The notes under the pieces: generated by a model
Told to the model about the DNA's origin: nothing
The model's database searches: none
The model's input: only the letters and a program-made list of their open reading frames with translations
Position numbers and translations under genes: made by a program
NCBI GenBank assembly: GCA_041697335.1
Contig: JBGUGD010000035.1
Coordinates: 96,001 to 160,000, forward strand
Direction of reading: 5' to 3'
DNA length: 64,000 bases
Source of the DNA: Vampirovibrionaceae bacterium NZW_1234
GTDB taxonomy: Bacteria > Cyanobacteriota > Vampirovibrionia > Vampirovibrionales > JAGQHJ01
Shown: positions 27,619 to 37,565 of the stretch, piece by piece
Layout: each line of letters starts with the position of its first letter
Position numbering within the stretch: position 1 is the first letter of the stretch

Positions 27619-29727
27619 ATGACGTCTAAACCTTCGATGCTTGCCCTGCCGAGCCTGCTGCTTGCCAGTGCCTTGATCTGCACCACACACTCGGCCCTCG
27701 CCATTACACCACCTGCCTACGAGCAATACCAGCGAGGCCTGCAACTGGAAAAGAATCATCAATACCGTGAAGCCGAGCAAGCCTATCGCACCTCCATGGG
27801 GCTTGATCCCTACGATAGCTTGACTTACATTCGGCTTGCCGACCTTGTTGCCAAGGATAATCGCTACGACGAGGCTATTTCACTGTATCAACAGGCCCTG
27901 ACCATGAATCCCAAGGACACCATGCTCCATGCTGCCTTGGCCCACCTTTGGGAAACCAAACATTTGCCCGAGAGAGCCTTGGCCGAGTACAGGACCTTAC
28001 TGAAAAGCAATCCTGAATATACTTACGCCTACCTTGCCATGGCCCGCTTGTATAAATCAATGAATCAGCCGGACAAGGCTATTGAGGCTTCCCAGCAATT
28101 TCTAGCCACTTATCCCAAACACGAAGACGCTCAGCGAGAATTGGCACGGCTGCATTTAGGCCAGAAAAACTTTGCCCAGGCCGCTCAAACCTATGAGACT
28201 TTGAAATCCCAGAATTCCGGCAAGTTTAAAGACACCTTGGCCTATGGCATTGCCTTAAACAACAGTGATAAACCTCAAGAGGCCCTGGCCGTCTTTGATC
28301 AAATCCAGACCCCATCGGCTGTTCTGTATGAACAACGAGCCATGGCCCTGGAAAAACTCAACCGATTGTCAGAAGCTTACAACAGCTATCAACAAGCCCT
28401 GGAGGCTCTTCCGCCCACCGAACCCGGGACACCTGACAAACAAGCCGAACTCTTTTTAAAGCTGGCCGATTTGGCTACGTCATTGGATCGTTCGCCGCAG
28501 GCCGTTTCTAATTTAACGGCCTATCTCAGGTTGCATCCTGAAAACACCAAAGTTTCCCTGGCTTTAGCCGATCTGTTTGTCAAAGGCCAGGACTTTGGAA
28601 ACGCCCAACGGGTGTACGAGTCCGCTTTGACCATGTTGCCGGATTCCAAACGGGAAGAACGCGCTGAGTTGATGCGGAATCTGGCCTTTGCCTCCCAAAT
28701 GCAAGGCCAGCAAACCCAGGCTGTGACCTGGTATGAAACATCCCTGGCCCTCGAAGACAACCAACAGGCTCGTAAGAATCTTGCGCTCGCCTACCACCAA
28801 CAAGGCCAATATGATAAGGCCCTAAACCTCTATCGCAATCTGGTCAGTGAAGATCCCAACGCCAAAACCCTGCGGCAAGATATGGCCCAAGCTCTCTTGG
28901 CCGTGGCCGATGACGCGTATCAACACGGAGATTATCCCAAGGCCTTAAGTCATTACCAGGATGCCATGTTTACCGGTAGTGCCCAGGAAACACCTGCCCT
29001 ATTAGGCATTGCCAACACACAATACGCCTTGAGAAATAATGAATTGGCCTATAGCACCTATCAACGCGTGCTACAACTGGACCCTGATAATATCCTGGCC
29101 CGGATCAATAAAGCCCAGCTTGACATTGAACTGAAAAACTACCTTGCGGCAGTAGAAAGTCTACGTTGGGTGGTCTCTAAAAAACCTGACTCTCTCGAGG
29201 CCGTGCAACTTCTGGCCACCACCCATGATCTGCTTGGAGATTACGGACAGGCCGCTCTGTACTATCAGCAAGCTCTTCAGTTAAAGCCGCATGATGCGAC
29301 TTTACTGGTGGGCTATGGCAACAGTTGTCGCCAAATGGGAGATCTGAATAAAGCCCAAGTGGCCTATGAAGCAGCCCGTCAGTCTACGCCTCAAGATCCG
29401 CTGGTTCATTACAGTTTGGGCAGCATCTACAGTTTGAAAAATCAGCTAGAAGACTCTCGAAAAGCCTATCAGCAGGCTTTAGAATTAAACCCGGGCTTCA
29501 CAGAAAGCTACTATGGGTTGGGAACAACCCTTGAGAAGCAAAAAAAGCTGGATGAAGCCCTCAAAGTCTACCAGCAGTACCTGGAAAAAGCGCCTTCATC
29601 GGCTGCCTATGTCCCCTTGGCCAAGCAGCGAGTGGATATTCTGAAAAAAACAATGCCGACCCCAACGACAACACCTGCCCAAGTAAAACCCGTTTCAACA
29701 GGAGCATCCCCGAATGCTCGTCGTTAA
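27619..29727 (+). CDS. Exported tetratricopeptide repeat protein
   Basis: Signal peptide (ALA) followed by many A..Y..AL...P TPR units. Confidence 0.9.
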   Translation: MTSKPSMLALPSLLLASALICTTHSALAITPPAYEQYQRGLQLEKNHQYREAEQAYRTSMGLDPYDSLTYIRLADLVAKDNRYDEAISLYQQALTMNPKDTMLHAALAHLWETKHLPERALAEYRTLLKSNPEYTYAYLAMARLYKSMNQPDKAIEASQQFLATYPKHEDAQRELARLHLGQKNFAQAAQTYETLKSQNSGKFKDTLAYGIALNNSDKPQEALAVFDQIQTPSAVLYEQRAMALEKLNRLSEAYNSYQQALEALPPTEPGTPDKQAELFLKLADLATSLDRSPQAVSNLTAYLRLHPENTKVSLALADLFVKGQDFGNAQRVYESALTMLPDSKREERAELMRNLAFASQMQGQQTQAVTWYETSLALEDNQQARKNLALAYHQQGQYDKALNLYRNLVSEDPNAKTLRQDMAQALLAVADDAYQHGDYPKALSHYQDAMFTGSAQETPALLGIANTQYALRNNELAYSTYQRVLQLDPDNILARINKAQLDIELKNYLAAVESLRWVVSKKPDSLEAVQLLATTHDLLGDYGQAALYYQQALQLKPHDATLLVGYGNSCRQMGDLNKAQVAYEAARQSTPQDPLVHYSLGSIYSLKNQLEDSRKAYQQALELNPGFTESYYGLGTTLEKQKKLDEALKVYQQYLEKAPSSAAYVPLAKQRVDILKKTMPTPTTTPAQVKPVSTGASPNARR

Positions 29728-30373
29728 GACCTACACCTTGGGAATGTTTCAAGTCCACAATTACCTGCTGGTGGACACAGACACCCGGGAAGCCGTCTTG
29801 ATTGATACAGGGAAAAACCCACAGGCCGTTCTCGACACACTGGCCCAAGAGGATTTGGACTTGACGTTAATCCTGTATACCCACACCCACATTGATCATG
29901 TGGAAGGCCACCACGTCATCCGTCAGGCATATCCTGATGTTCCTGCCTGGATGCATGCCGAGGATCAATTTTGGATTGACGCCCTGCCCATGCAGGCTGA
30001 AATGTTCCAGATGAAGCCCCCGCCGCCGCCGATCATTACCGGCTTTGTGACTCCAGGGCAAGTCTTTGAACTCACCAATTGTACCTTTGAAGCCCGCTTT
30101 TGCCCGGGTCATACCCCTGGCGGGATAAGTTACTATGTCAAAGAAGGCCCCTTTGTCTTTACCGGTGACAGCCTGTTTGCAGGCAGCATTGGGCGCACGG
30201 ATTTCCCCCGCGGGGACTTTGACACCCTGATGGATTCCATCAATACCCAGCTCTTGACGCTTCCAGACGACACTTGGGTTTATTCCGGACACGGGCCTGT
30301 AACGACCATTGGCGATGAGCGTCGACAAAACCCCTATATTTTAAATCACTTGGCTCGTAGCACATCCCGTTAG
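29714..30373 (+). CDS. MBL-fold metallo-hydrolase (glyoxalase II-like)
   Basis: THTHIDHV, PGHTPG, FTGDSLF..SIGRTD, GHG. Confidence 0.93.
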   Translation: MLVVKTYTLGMFQVHNYLLVDTDTREAVLIDTGKNPQAVLDTLAQEDLDLTLILYTHTHIDHVEGHHVIRQAYPDVPAWMHAEDQFWIDALPMQAEMFQMKPPPPPIITGFVTPGQVFELTNCTFEARFCPGHTPGGISYYVKEGPFVFTGDSLFAGSIGRTDFPRGDFDTLMDSINTQLLTLPDDTWVYSGHGPVTTIGDERRQNPYILNHLARSTSR

Positions 30374-30380
30374 AACGATA

Positions 30381-31163
30381 TTATTTCGATTTCAGCATCA
30401 TATAAGCACTGTTACGGCCATCTTCCCCACGCCGGAAGGAAAATAACTGCTCCGCTTCACAATAGGTGCATTGTGGCAGAACATCACAGTGCTTTACTCC
30501 AAACGCCTCAAGCTGGGCCGCATTGATGGCCTTTAAATTGACACGGGGGTTTTCGGGGAACGCCTCATCCCAAACAATCAGGCCTTTCTGGGTCAGGGCT
30601 TCTAGCTCCTGATCCAAGCTTGCCCCGAGCTGCTGGGCCACAGTCAGCGAGACTTGAAAGCAACATAGACTGATGGCCGGACCAATGACCGCACGAATAT
30701 CCTGGGGTTTTACACCTTTGGCATTTTGAAACGTCAGTATGGCTTCTTGAACGATGTTTTGGGCCGTACCGCGCCATCCGGCATGAATGACTGCCCCGCT
30801 GTGTGTGACCGGATCATAGAGTAGAATCGGCACACAGTCGGCAAAAAGCAGCATAACAGGGATATCGGGGGTAAAAAGCGCCATGGCATCGGTTTGACAA
30901 AGGGCAGTATCGCCGGCCCGGCCAACACGATGTCCATGCACCTGCTCCGGAATCTGCCAAGGCTGGGTTAGACCCAAGGCCTTGTGAAAGCGCTCTCGAT
31001 GGTCCAGTACTCCCTGCCGAGGATTGACCGGTGTATCTGGACCGCCAAACGACCAAGGCTTACCTGTGAAGCCGTGAATCAACCGTTCAGCGTAGGGCTC
31101 AAGCAACGCCGATTGGTACAATAATGGGAGTGAGTCTTGCATTGACAACGGAGTAGAGGCCAT
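30381..31163 (-). CDS. pgeF: Peptidoglycan editing factor / YfiH polyphenol oxidase-like
   Basis: EQVHG, ADCVPILL, HAGWRG, IGPAI..CC, CT.C...FSFR. Confidence 0.92.
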   Translation of the reverse strand: MASTPLSMQDSLPLLYQSALLEPYAERLIHGFTGKPWSFGGPDTPVNPRQGVLDHRERFHKALGLTQPWQIPEQVHGHRVGRAGDTALCQTDAMALFTPDIPVMLLFADCVPILLYDPVTHSGAVIHAGWRGTAQNIVQEAILTFQNAKGVKPQDIRAVIGPAISLCCFQVSLTVAQQLGASLDQELEALTQKGLIVWDEAFPENPRVNLKAINAAQLEAFGVKHCDVLPQCTYCEAEQLFSFRRGEDGRNSAYMMLKSK

Positions 31164-31189
31164 TGGTTCACCGTTCCCCTGTGTGTAAA

Positions 31190-31693
31190 ATGCTTTGCAT
31201 ACTGTGTTTTATTGTCGCATTGATGCTGCCTCTGGCCAAGGCCCAGGCGCCTTCTGTAAAGCCCAAAGCGGAAGCCTTGCCTTTGCTGATGGAACTCAAA
31301 AGCAGCCGGGATACCTTTCGGGCCAAGCAGGACATTATGGTTCAAGCAGCCTTGTGGGCCCGAGAACCGGTCACCCTTTGCATTTATCCCAGTAAACCTG
31401 AAGCCAGTTTCAAGGTGGAAGTTTACCGGGCGGGCTATGGGCAGCTTGATCCCCTTCCCTCAACCGTTCAGTTGACCCCGGAAGATAAACGACAGCTTCA
31501 GCGCGTCACCCTTCAACCGGGAGAAGTCTATCGCACCTATTTTAACCTTAAAAAGGTCATCCCTTTACCGTCCTATGCCTGGACAACCGGTGAATATCGT
31601 GTACAAGGCAAGTTTTATCTGTGTGGGAAAACAGAGCAATCGGAAACCGTGATTCCGGCCAAAGGGCCACTTCACCTTCTAATTCTGGATTAA
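31190..31693 (+). CDS. Hypothetical exported protein (Ig-like beta sandwich suspected)
   Basis: Signal peptide AKA; VTLQPGE and GEYRV motifs. Confidence 0.65.
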   Translation: MLCILCFIVALMLPLAKAQAPSVKPKAEALPLLMELKSSRDTFRAKQDIMVQAALWAREPVTLCIYPSKPEASFKVEVYRAGYGQLDPLPSTVQLTPEDKRQLQRVTLQPGEVYRTYFNLKKVIPLPSYAWTTGEYRVQGKFYLCGKTEQSETVIPAKGPLHLLILD

Positions 31694-31694
31694 C

Positions 31695-31898
31695 TTAGGC
31701 CTGAACCGATAACTTGGTGCCAGCCTGGGAGCACCCCGCCTGAAGCATGCGAGCTGCATAAGGCCGTCTTGAGCAATCCATCGCCATTGCTCCTTGGTAG
31801 CCTTGGCCTAAGAATAATTGAGCCGCAGATGAGGGTATCGTTTTTTTGCTTGCCACGGATTGAGGCAACGCCCGAATTTCGGTTAGTTTCATGGCCAT
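31695..31898 (-). CDS. Small hypothetical protein (65-67 aa)
   Basis: GGAGG RBS directly upstream; TTTTCA-N17-TAGAAT promoter-like element; fills the gap. Confidence 0.5.
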   Translation of the reverse strand: MAMKLTEIRALPQSVASKKTIPSSAAQLFLGQGYQGAMAMDCSRRPYAARMLQAGCSQAGTKLSVQA

Positions 31899-32027
31899 CC
31901 CTCCAACTCAGCCCAAACGGACTGAGGATTTTCTATGTGTGCGAGATATTCTACTAAAAACATGGCCGCCTGAAAACCCGATCTGGGCCATCTTTTCAAC
32001 AGATGCTCATGCCGAATTCCGATTAGG

Positions 32028-32996
32028 CTATAGCGCCGATGAGGTGGCTTGCTTGCCTTCCTTCAGAAGGGATTCAAAATAGGCAATGGTGGGTTTTAAA
32101 CCTTCGTCCAATGACACCTTGGGCTCCCAATCCAGCAACGTTTTAGCAAACGTAATATCCGGCTTGCGTTGTCGGGGATCGTCCTGGGGTAAAGGACAGT
32201 GCAGAATTTTAGAGGAAGAGCCGGTTAGTTGAATAACCTTTTCAGCCAACTCCAAAATGGTAAACTCCCCAGGGTTACCTATATTAACAGGCCCAGGCTG
32301 CTCAAACTCGGTTCGATCCATCATCCGACACATGCCTTCGAGTAAATCGGAGACATAACAAAACGAACGTGTCTGTTGGCCTTCACCATAGACTGTAATG
32401 GGCTCATCTTTGAGGGCCTGCACAATAAAATTGCTCACCACACGGCCATCGTTCATATCCATATTGGGACCATAGGTGTTAAAGATCCGGATAACTTTTA
32501 CTGCAACACTATTTTGACGATGATAATCCATGCATAATGTTTCAGCCAGGCGCTTTCCTTCATCATAACAACTCCTAAGCCCAATGGGATTCACCCGACC
32601 CCAGTATTGCTCAGTTTGGGGGTGTTCTTCCGGATCGCCGTACACTTCAGATGTGGAAGCTTGGAGTATCTTTGCCCGTATCCGTTTGGCCAACCCCAAC
32701 ATGTTAATCGTCCCCATGACATTGGTTTTAACGGTTTTCACCGGGTTGAACTGATAATGGACGGGCGAAGCTGGGCAGGCCAGGTTGTAAATTTCATCCA
32801 CTTCAACGAACAACGGGGCAATGATGTCATGACGGATGAGCTCAAAATAAGGGTGATTCAGGAAGGGCAAAATATTGCGCTTGGAGCCAGTAAAAAAATT
32901 ATCAACACACAGGACTTCGTGGCCCTGCTCTAGTAGCCGCGCCACTAAGTGAGAGCCGATAAAGCCGGCTCCACCGGTGACAAGGATTCGTTTCAT
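32028..32996 (-). CDS. UDP-glucuronate decarboxylase (UDP-xylose synthase)
   Basis: [47 protein letters not shown]. Confidence 0.95.
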   Translation of the reverse strand: MKRILVTGGAGFIGSHLVARLLEQGHEVLCVDNFFTGSKRNILPFLNHPYFELIRHDIIAPLFVEVDEIYNLACPASPVHYQFNPVKTVKTNVMGTINMLGLAKRIRAKILQASTSEVYGDPEEHPQTEQYWGRVNPIGLRSCYDEGKRLAETLCMDYHRQNSVAVKVIRIFNTYGPNMDMNDGRVVSNFIVQALKDEPITVYGEGQQTRSFCYVSDLLEGMCRMMDRTEFEQPGPVNIGNPGEFTILELAEKVIQLTGSSSKILHCPLPQDDPRQRKPDITFAKTLLDWEPKVSLDEGLKPTIAYFESLLKEGKQATSSAL

Positions 32997-34360
32997 ACAG
33001 GCTCTCCTTCCAAAGAGGAAGGATTTTTCGCCAACGGATCCATAACAGGCTCAACAGGGGTTTTCCCCATAGGGACATAATAAAAGCCGCGCTGGGCCAT
33101 ACGAGCCGCATCGTACTGATTTCGACCGTCAAAGATAACCGGATTCTTCAAAAGGCCTTTCAAACGGTCAAAATCGGGTCGGCGAAACTCGTTCCACTCT
33201 GTCACTAACAAAACAGCATCTGCACCATCCGCCGCATCATAAGCCGTTTGAGCATAATACACCCGATCACCAAAAAGTCTTCGAGCGGTCTGCTGTGCTT
33301 TGGGGTCAAAGGCCCGGATTAAGGCGCCCTGTTCCAACAATGCCTCGATAACGGCCTTTGAGGGTGCTTCTCGCATATCATCGGTTCTCGGCTTAAAGGA
33401 CAAGCCCCAAACGGCAAAGGTTTTTCCAGACAAATCGCCATTAAAGTAAGTATTCAGTTTCTCAAGATAAATATCCCGCTGGCGCAAGTTAATGTGATCC
33501 ACCTGTTCCAACAACGTGGCAGGACAGTCGTGATCTTTGGCTGTCTGAATCAAGGCCCGTACATCTTTTGGGAAGCAGGAGCCTCCATAACCGATACCTG
33601 GGAACAGAAACTGAGGGCCAATTCGGCCATCGCTGGCAATACCGACACGCACCTGATTAATGTCTGCGCCCACATGTTCACAGAGATTGGCCATCTCATT
33701 GATAAAGGAAATTTTTGTGGCCAAGAACGCATTTGCAACGTACTTGGTCATTTCAGCAGAGCGAATATCCATAAAAATAACAGGATTTCCGGTCCTTAGA
33801 AACGGAGAATACAGTTCCCGCATCATCTCAGAGGCCCGCTCATCATCGGTACCAATCACTACCCGATCCGGCTTCAGGAAATCTTCGACAGCCGCCCCTT
33901 GCTTTAAGAATTCGGGATTGGACACAACAGCAAAAGGTACGTCTGTTAAATCCGAGATAATCGCCTTGATTTGATCCGCCGTTCCGACTGGAACCGTGCT
34001 TTTAGTGGCAATCACCTTGTATTCGGTCATTGCCTGGGCAATTTCCCGGGCCACCTCATACACATATGTCAAATCAGCTGAGCCATCACCTTCCTGTTGC
34101 GGCGTGCCAACAGCAATCATACAGATATCCGAAGCTTCTACTGCCCTCTTCAATTCCGTCGTAAACTGAATCCGCCCTTCTCGAACATTGGATTCCAGTA
34201 AATCCTCAAGGCCTGGCTCATAGATGGGAACCTGTCCAGCCTCTAGCATCTCAATTTTGGAGGTATCTTTGTCCACACAGATGATGTCATTGCCCATTTC
34301 GGCCAAACCGGCTCCGGTCACCAAACCGACATATCCTGTTCCGATAATGCATACCTTCAT
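32993..34360 (-). CDS. ugd: UDP-glucose 6-dehydrogenase
   Basis: [35 protein letters not shown]. Confidence 0.96.
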   Translation of the reverse strand: MKVCIIGTGYVGLVTGAGLAEMGNDIICVDKDTSKIEMLEAGQVPIYEPGLEDLLESNVREGRIQFTTELKRAVEASDICMIAVGTPQQEGDGSADLTYVYEVAREIAQAMTEYKVIATKSTVPVGTADQIKAIISDLTDVPFAVVSNPEFLKQGAAVEDFLKPDRVVIGTDDERASEMMRELYSPFLRTGNPVIFMDIRSAEMTKYVANAFLATKISFINEMANLCEHVGADINQVRVGIASDGRIGPQFLFPGIGYGGSCFPKDVRALIQTAKDHDCPATLLEQVDHINLRQRDIYLEKLNTYFNGDLSGKTFAVWGLSFKPRTDDMREAPSKAVIEALLEQGALIRAFDPKAQQTARRLFGDRVYYAQTAYDAADGADAVLLVTEWNEFRRPDFDRLKGLLKNPVIFDGRNQYDAARMAQRGFYYVPMGKTPVEPVMDPLAKNPSSLEGEPV

Positions 34361-34442
34361 CTTACGAGTCCTCCAGGCTTCGCCCTTAAATTGTGTAGGT
34401 TCTCAGGTAATAATGTCTCATCCATTCTAATGGTAACCCAGC

Positions 34443-35447
34443 TTATGTCAACAACGCTGCTTGGGCAGCATGATGACGGTACCACTGGACAAATTTTTGG
34501 ATCCCCTCGGCAATAGGTGTAGTCGGGTGATACCCAAGCAATTCCTGAGCTTTCGAGATATCCGCACAGGTCATCACAACATCCCCCGGCTGGGTGGGCT
34601 GGTGATCCAAAATCGCTTTCTTGCCTAAGGCTTCTTCCAACAATTGAATCAAGTGACTTAGCTCAATGGACTGCGACTCACCCAGGTTTATGATTTCAAA
34701 AGGACTGTGGTTATAGGCCATTGCCCCCTGAATCCCTTGGAGAATATCATCAATATAGGTATAATCACGCCGAGTACTTCCATCGCCAAATACCGGAATC
34801 GGCAAACCTTGATCAATACGCCGGGTAAATTTGTGAATTGCTAAGTCTGGCCGTTGAGCGGCACCATACACTGTAAAAAACCGTAAAGCCACCACTTGAA
34901 GGCCATAGAGATGGCTATAACTATGTAAGAGATTCTCCCCCATTACTTTTGTTGCCGCATATGGGGAAATCGGCTTAGAGACATCATCGGTTTCTCGGAA
35001 AGGGGCATCGGTGCGATTACCGTAAACCGAGCTGGAAGAGGCAAAGACCATTTTCGGAATGTCCCAGTGACGCATTAGCTCAAGAACATTGAGTGTGCCG
35101 GTCACGTTGGTATCCAAATAGAGTCTCGGTTCAAGCAATGAAGGACGCACCCCTGCTCGTGCTGCCAAGTGAACCACTTGATCCACCGGCCCCACGGTCG
35201 CCAAAACAGGCTCAAGTCCCTGATTCAAGGAGCTTGCCTCTCGAATATCCAGCCGACAATCATAAAACCGATCGCCATAAGCTTTCAAAGGGGCAACATT
35301 GGCTTCCTTAATTGCTGGATCATAAAAATCATTGTACTCATCAACACTAATGACGACGGCTCCCTGCTCCAGAAGAACCCGACATAAGTGAGAGCCAATA
35401 AATCCGGCTCCACCCGTCACCAAAACCGTTTTTGAAGGATGTGCCAT
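34443..35447 (-). CDS. NAD-dependent epimerase (UDP-glucuronate 4-epimerase-like)
   Basis: HLAARAGVRPS, ASSSSVYG, YAATK, LRFFTVYG..RPD. Confidence 0.9.
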   Translation of the reverse strand: MAHPSKTVLVTGGAGFIGSHLCRVLLEQGAVVISVDEYNDFYDPAIKEANVAPLKAYGDRFYDCRLDIREASSLNQGLEPVLATVGPVDQVVHLAARAGVRPSLLEPRLYLDTNVTGTLNVLELMRHWDIPKMVFASSSSVYGNRTDAPFRETDDVSKPISPYAATKVMGENLLHSYSHLYGLQVVALRFFTVYGAAQRPDLAIHKFTRRIDQGLPIPVFGDGSTRRDYTYIDDILQGIQGAMAYNHSPFEIINLGESQSIELSHLIQLLEEALGKKAILDHQPTQPGDVVMTCADISKAQELLGYHPTTPIAEGIQKFVQWYRHHAAQAALLT

Positions 35448-35459
35448 CAGCAGCGGTCC

Positions 35460-36659
35460 TTATGAAAAGCGAATGTTGGCAGCGTGTAATCGGTCTAAGC
35501 CTTGCTTCAAAATTTCCAGTGAGGATACGAGTGAGACTCGGAAGAACCCTTCGCCACCTTTGCCAAAGGCATTCCCCGGTGTAACAACCACATCGGCCTT
35601 ATCAATGAGATGTTCAGTCCATTGTTGGGACGTAAAGCCACTGGGGACTTTCAACCATGCATACAGCGTCCCTTTCGTCGGAGCAATGTCCCACCCCAGA
35701 GATCGAAACCCTTCAATCACCAGATCCCGACGGGCTTTATAGGTTTCTACAATTTCGGGCAGGAATTGCTCTGCCTGATTTAACGCAACCACAGCCCCGT
35801 CTTGGATTGCCGAGGGGGTCCCGTAACCGACGTTGGTTCTGAGCGCATAAAGATTTTGGATAATATCTTTATTGCCAACGGCAAAGCCAATCCGGGCCCC
35901 AGCCATGTTGAAGCTCTTGGAGAACGAATGGAACTCGACTGAAATATCTTTCGCCCCTGGAACTTCAAAAATACTGGGGGCCACATACCCATCATACGTT
36001 ATCTCGCCGTAAGCCAAATCGCTGACCAGAACTAAATTATGCTTCTTACAGAAAGCCACCGCCTTTTCATAGAATGCCAAGTCCGCCACAGCACCAGTGG
36101 GATTATTGGGGTAGTTCAGAAACAGCACCCGCGACTTCTGCAAGATGTCCTGGGGGATATTATCAAAAGTTGGCAAAAACCCTTTTTCTGCCGGCATGGG
36201 CAGGTGGTAAACATCTCCCCCAACCAGCCAAGTGGCCCGACTGTGAACGGGGTAGTAAATTTCGGGAACCAGACTGATCTCCTGTTCGCCCACATAAGCC
36301 ATGGTCAGGTGGGCCAAACCCTCCTTCGAACCACTGAGGCACAACACCTCACTGGTGGGATCAATCGCCGTATTATACCGACGTTGCATCCAGTCCGAAA
36401 CTGCGTGACGGAAGTTATCTTTTCCCTTGAAGGTCGGATAGCCATGATTTGCAGGATTATGGAACCCTGCCTGGATAGCTTCCACAATGGCATCAGGAAT
36501 AGGGCGATCCGGGTTACCCATACCCAAGTCAATGAGGTTCGCTCCCCGAGCGCGGGCAGCTTCCTTCAACTGATCCAACCAAGCGAAGACATAGGTTGGC
36601 AAATTCTTTAAACGACTGTTAGCTTCCACGGCATTACGCACCTGAGTTGTCTGTACCAC
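35460..36659 (-). CDS. PLP-dependent class I aminotransferase (LL-DAP aminotransferase-like)
   Basis: DLGMGNPD, GSKEG, NYPNNPTG, DLAY, SFSKSFNMAGARIG. Confidence 0.88.
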   Translation of the reverse strand: MVQTTQVRNAVEANSRLKNLPTYVFAWLDQLKEAARARGANLIDLGMGNPDRPIPDAIVEAIQAGFHNPANHGYPTFKGKDNFRHAVSDWMQRRYNTAIDPTSEVLCLSGSKEGLAHLTMAYVGEQEISLVPEIYYPVHSRATWLVGGDVYHLPMPAEKGFLPTFDNIPQDILQKSRVLFLNYPNNPTGAVADLAFYEKAVAFCKKHNLVLVSDLAYGEITYDGYVAPSIFEVPGAKDISVEFHSFSKSFNMAGARIGFAVGNKDIIQNLYALRTNVGYGTPSAIQDGAVVALNQAEQFLPEIVETYKARRDLVIEGFRSLGWDIAPTKGTLYAWLKVPSGFTSQQWTEHLIDKADVVVTPGNAFGKGGEGFFRVSLVSSLEILKQGLDRLHAANIRFS

Positions 36660-36829
36660 GGTTCTGGGTCCCCATAATCAAAGATAAACAGAGTCCGGCA
36701 AGCCGGTGTCTACATTATAGGGTGAAGACAGACAGCCGTCAAAAGCTGGTCATAAGGCATATACGCCTTAATCGTGACTTCGGAAAGCTGCCAAACCAAC
36801 TCTGAGTTTCACGTTAAAACCGATATTTG

Positions 36830-37426
36830 TTAGCTGCGCTGAGGTTCGATGACCATGCGATCGGCTTGGGGGTCAATGGTAATGCGATGGCGTTTAATAA
36901 AATTCAGACCGAGCAAACCGGAAAAAGGGACATTTCTAGGCAAGGGCATAACGGTTGCTTCGACATTATGGGCCGTATAGCCATTCAATGTTACTGTTTT
37001 CAGAACAACCTTGGGAATTCGAATCTGCCCATTGGCTGTCGTAATGGTGACATAAGAACAATGCTGTAGATCGTAACCCAGGTTTTGCGCCATTTCCTGA
37101 GAAATCGCCGTATAGGTAGCCCCTGTATCAAGAATGAACGTCGTTGTTTGCTGATGATTTAAGGTAGCGTCCAGTAATAATGCCCGATCATCTTGACGCA
37201 ACGGAACGTGGACAAATCGCTGAGAAGGGGTCAAGGTCGTAGGGACTTGACCCAGAGCCAGCTTAACCGGCTCTTGTCGGGTATCCATAGCGGCCATCAC
37301 GACCTGGGCTGAGGGGCTTAACAGCTTTTCTGCCTGGGGTGCGGACTCGGGTATTAACATTGCCAAGGCCAACGTTCCCAGACAGGCCAAACTAATGCAT
37401 AAATCGAGGTGTGGACGCTTCGACAT
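36830..37426 (-). CDS. Retropepsin-like (clan AA) aspartic protease with signal/TM segment
   Basis: FILDTGA, TANG, GLLGLNF. Confidence 0.88.
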   Translation of the reverse strand: MSKRPHLDLCISLACLGTLALAMLIPESAPQAEKLLSPSAQVVMAAMDTRQEPVKLALGQVPTTLTPSQRFVHVPLRQDDRALLLDATLNHQQTTTFILDTGATYTAISQEMAQNLGYDLQHCSYVTITTANGQIRIPKVVLKTVTLNGYTAHNVEATVMPLPRNVPFSGLLGLNFIKRHRITIDPQADRMVIEPQRS

Positions 37427-37565
37427 GGAGGGGGTATCTCTACATTAAGTGACGTAGAGGTGATATCGTCACCCTCCCTTACATGATTGAGTTTTTTGTT
37501 ACACATCGTTACCTCCCCTAGCGAAAGAGCAACGCCTCAAATCATCGTTTTGAAGACCTTTACGC

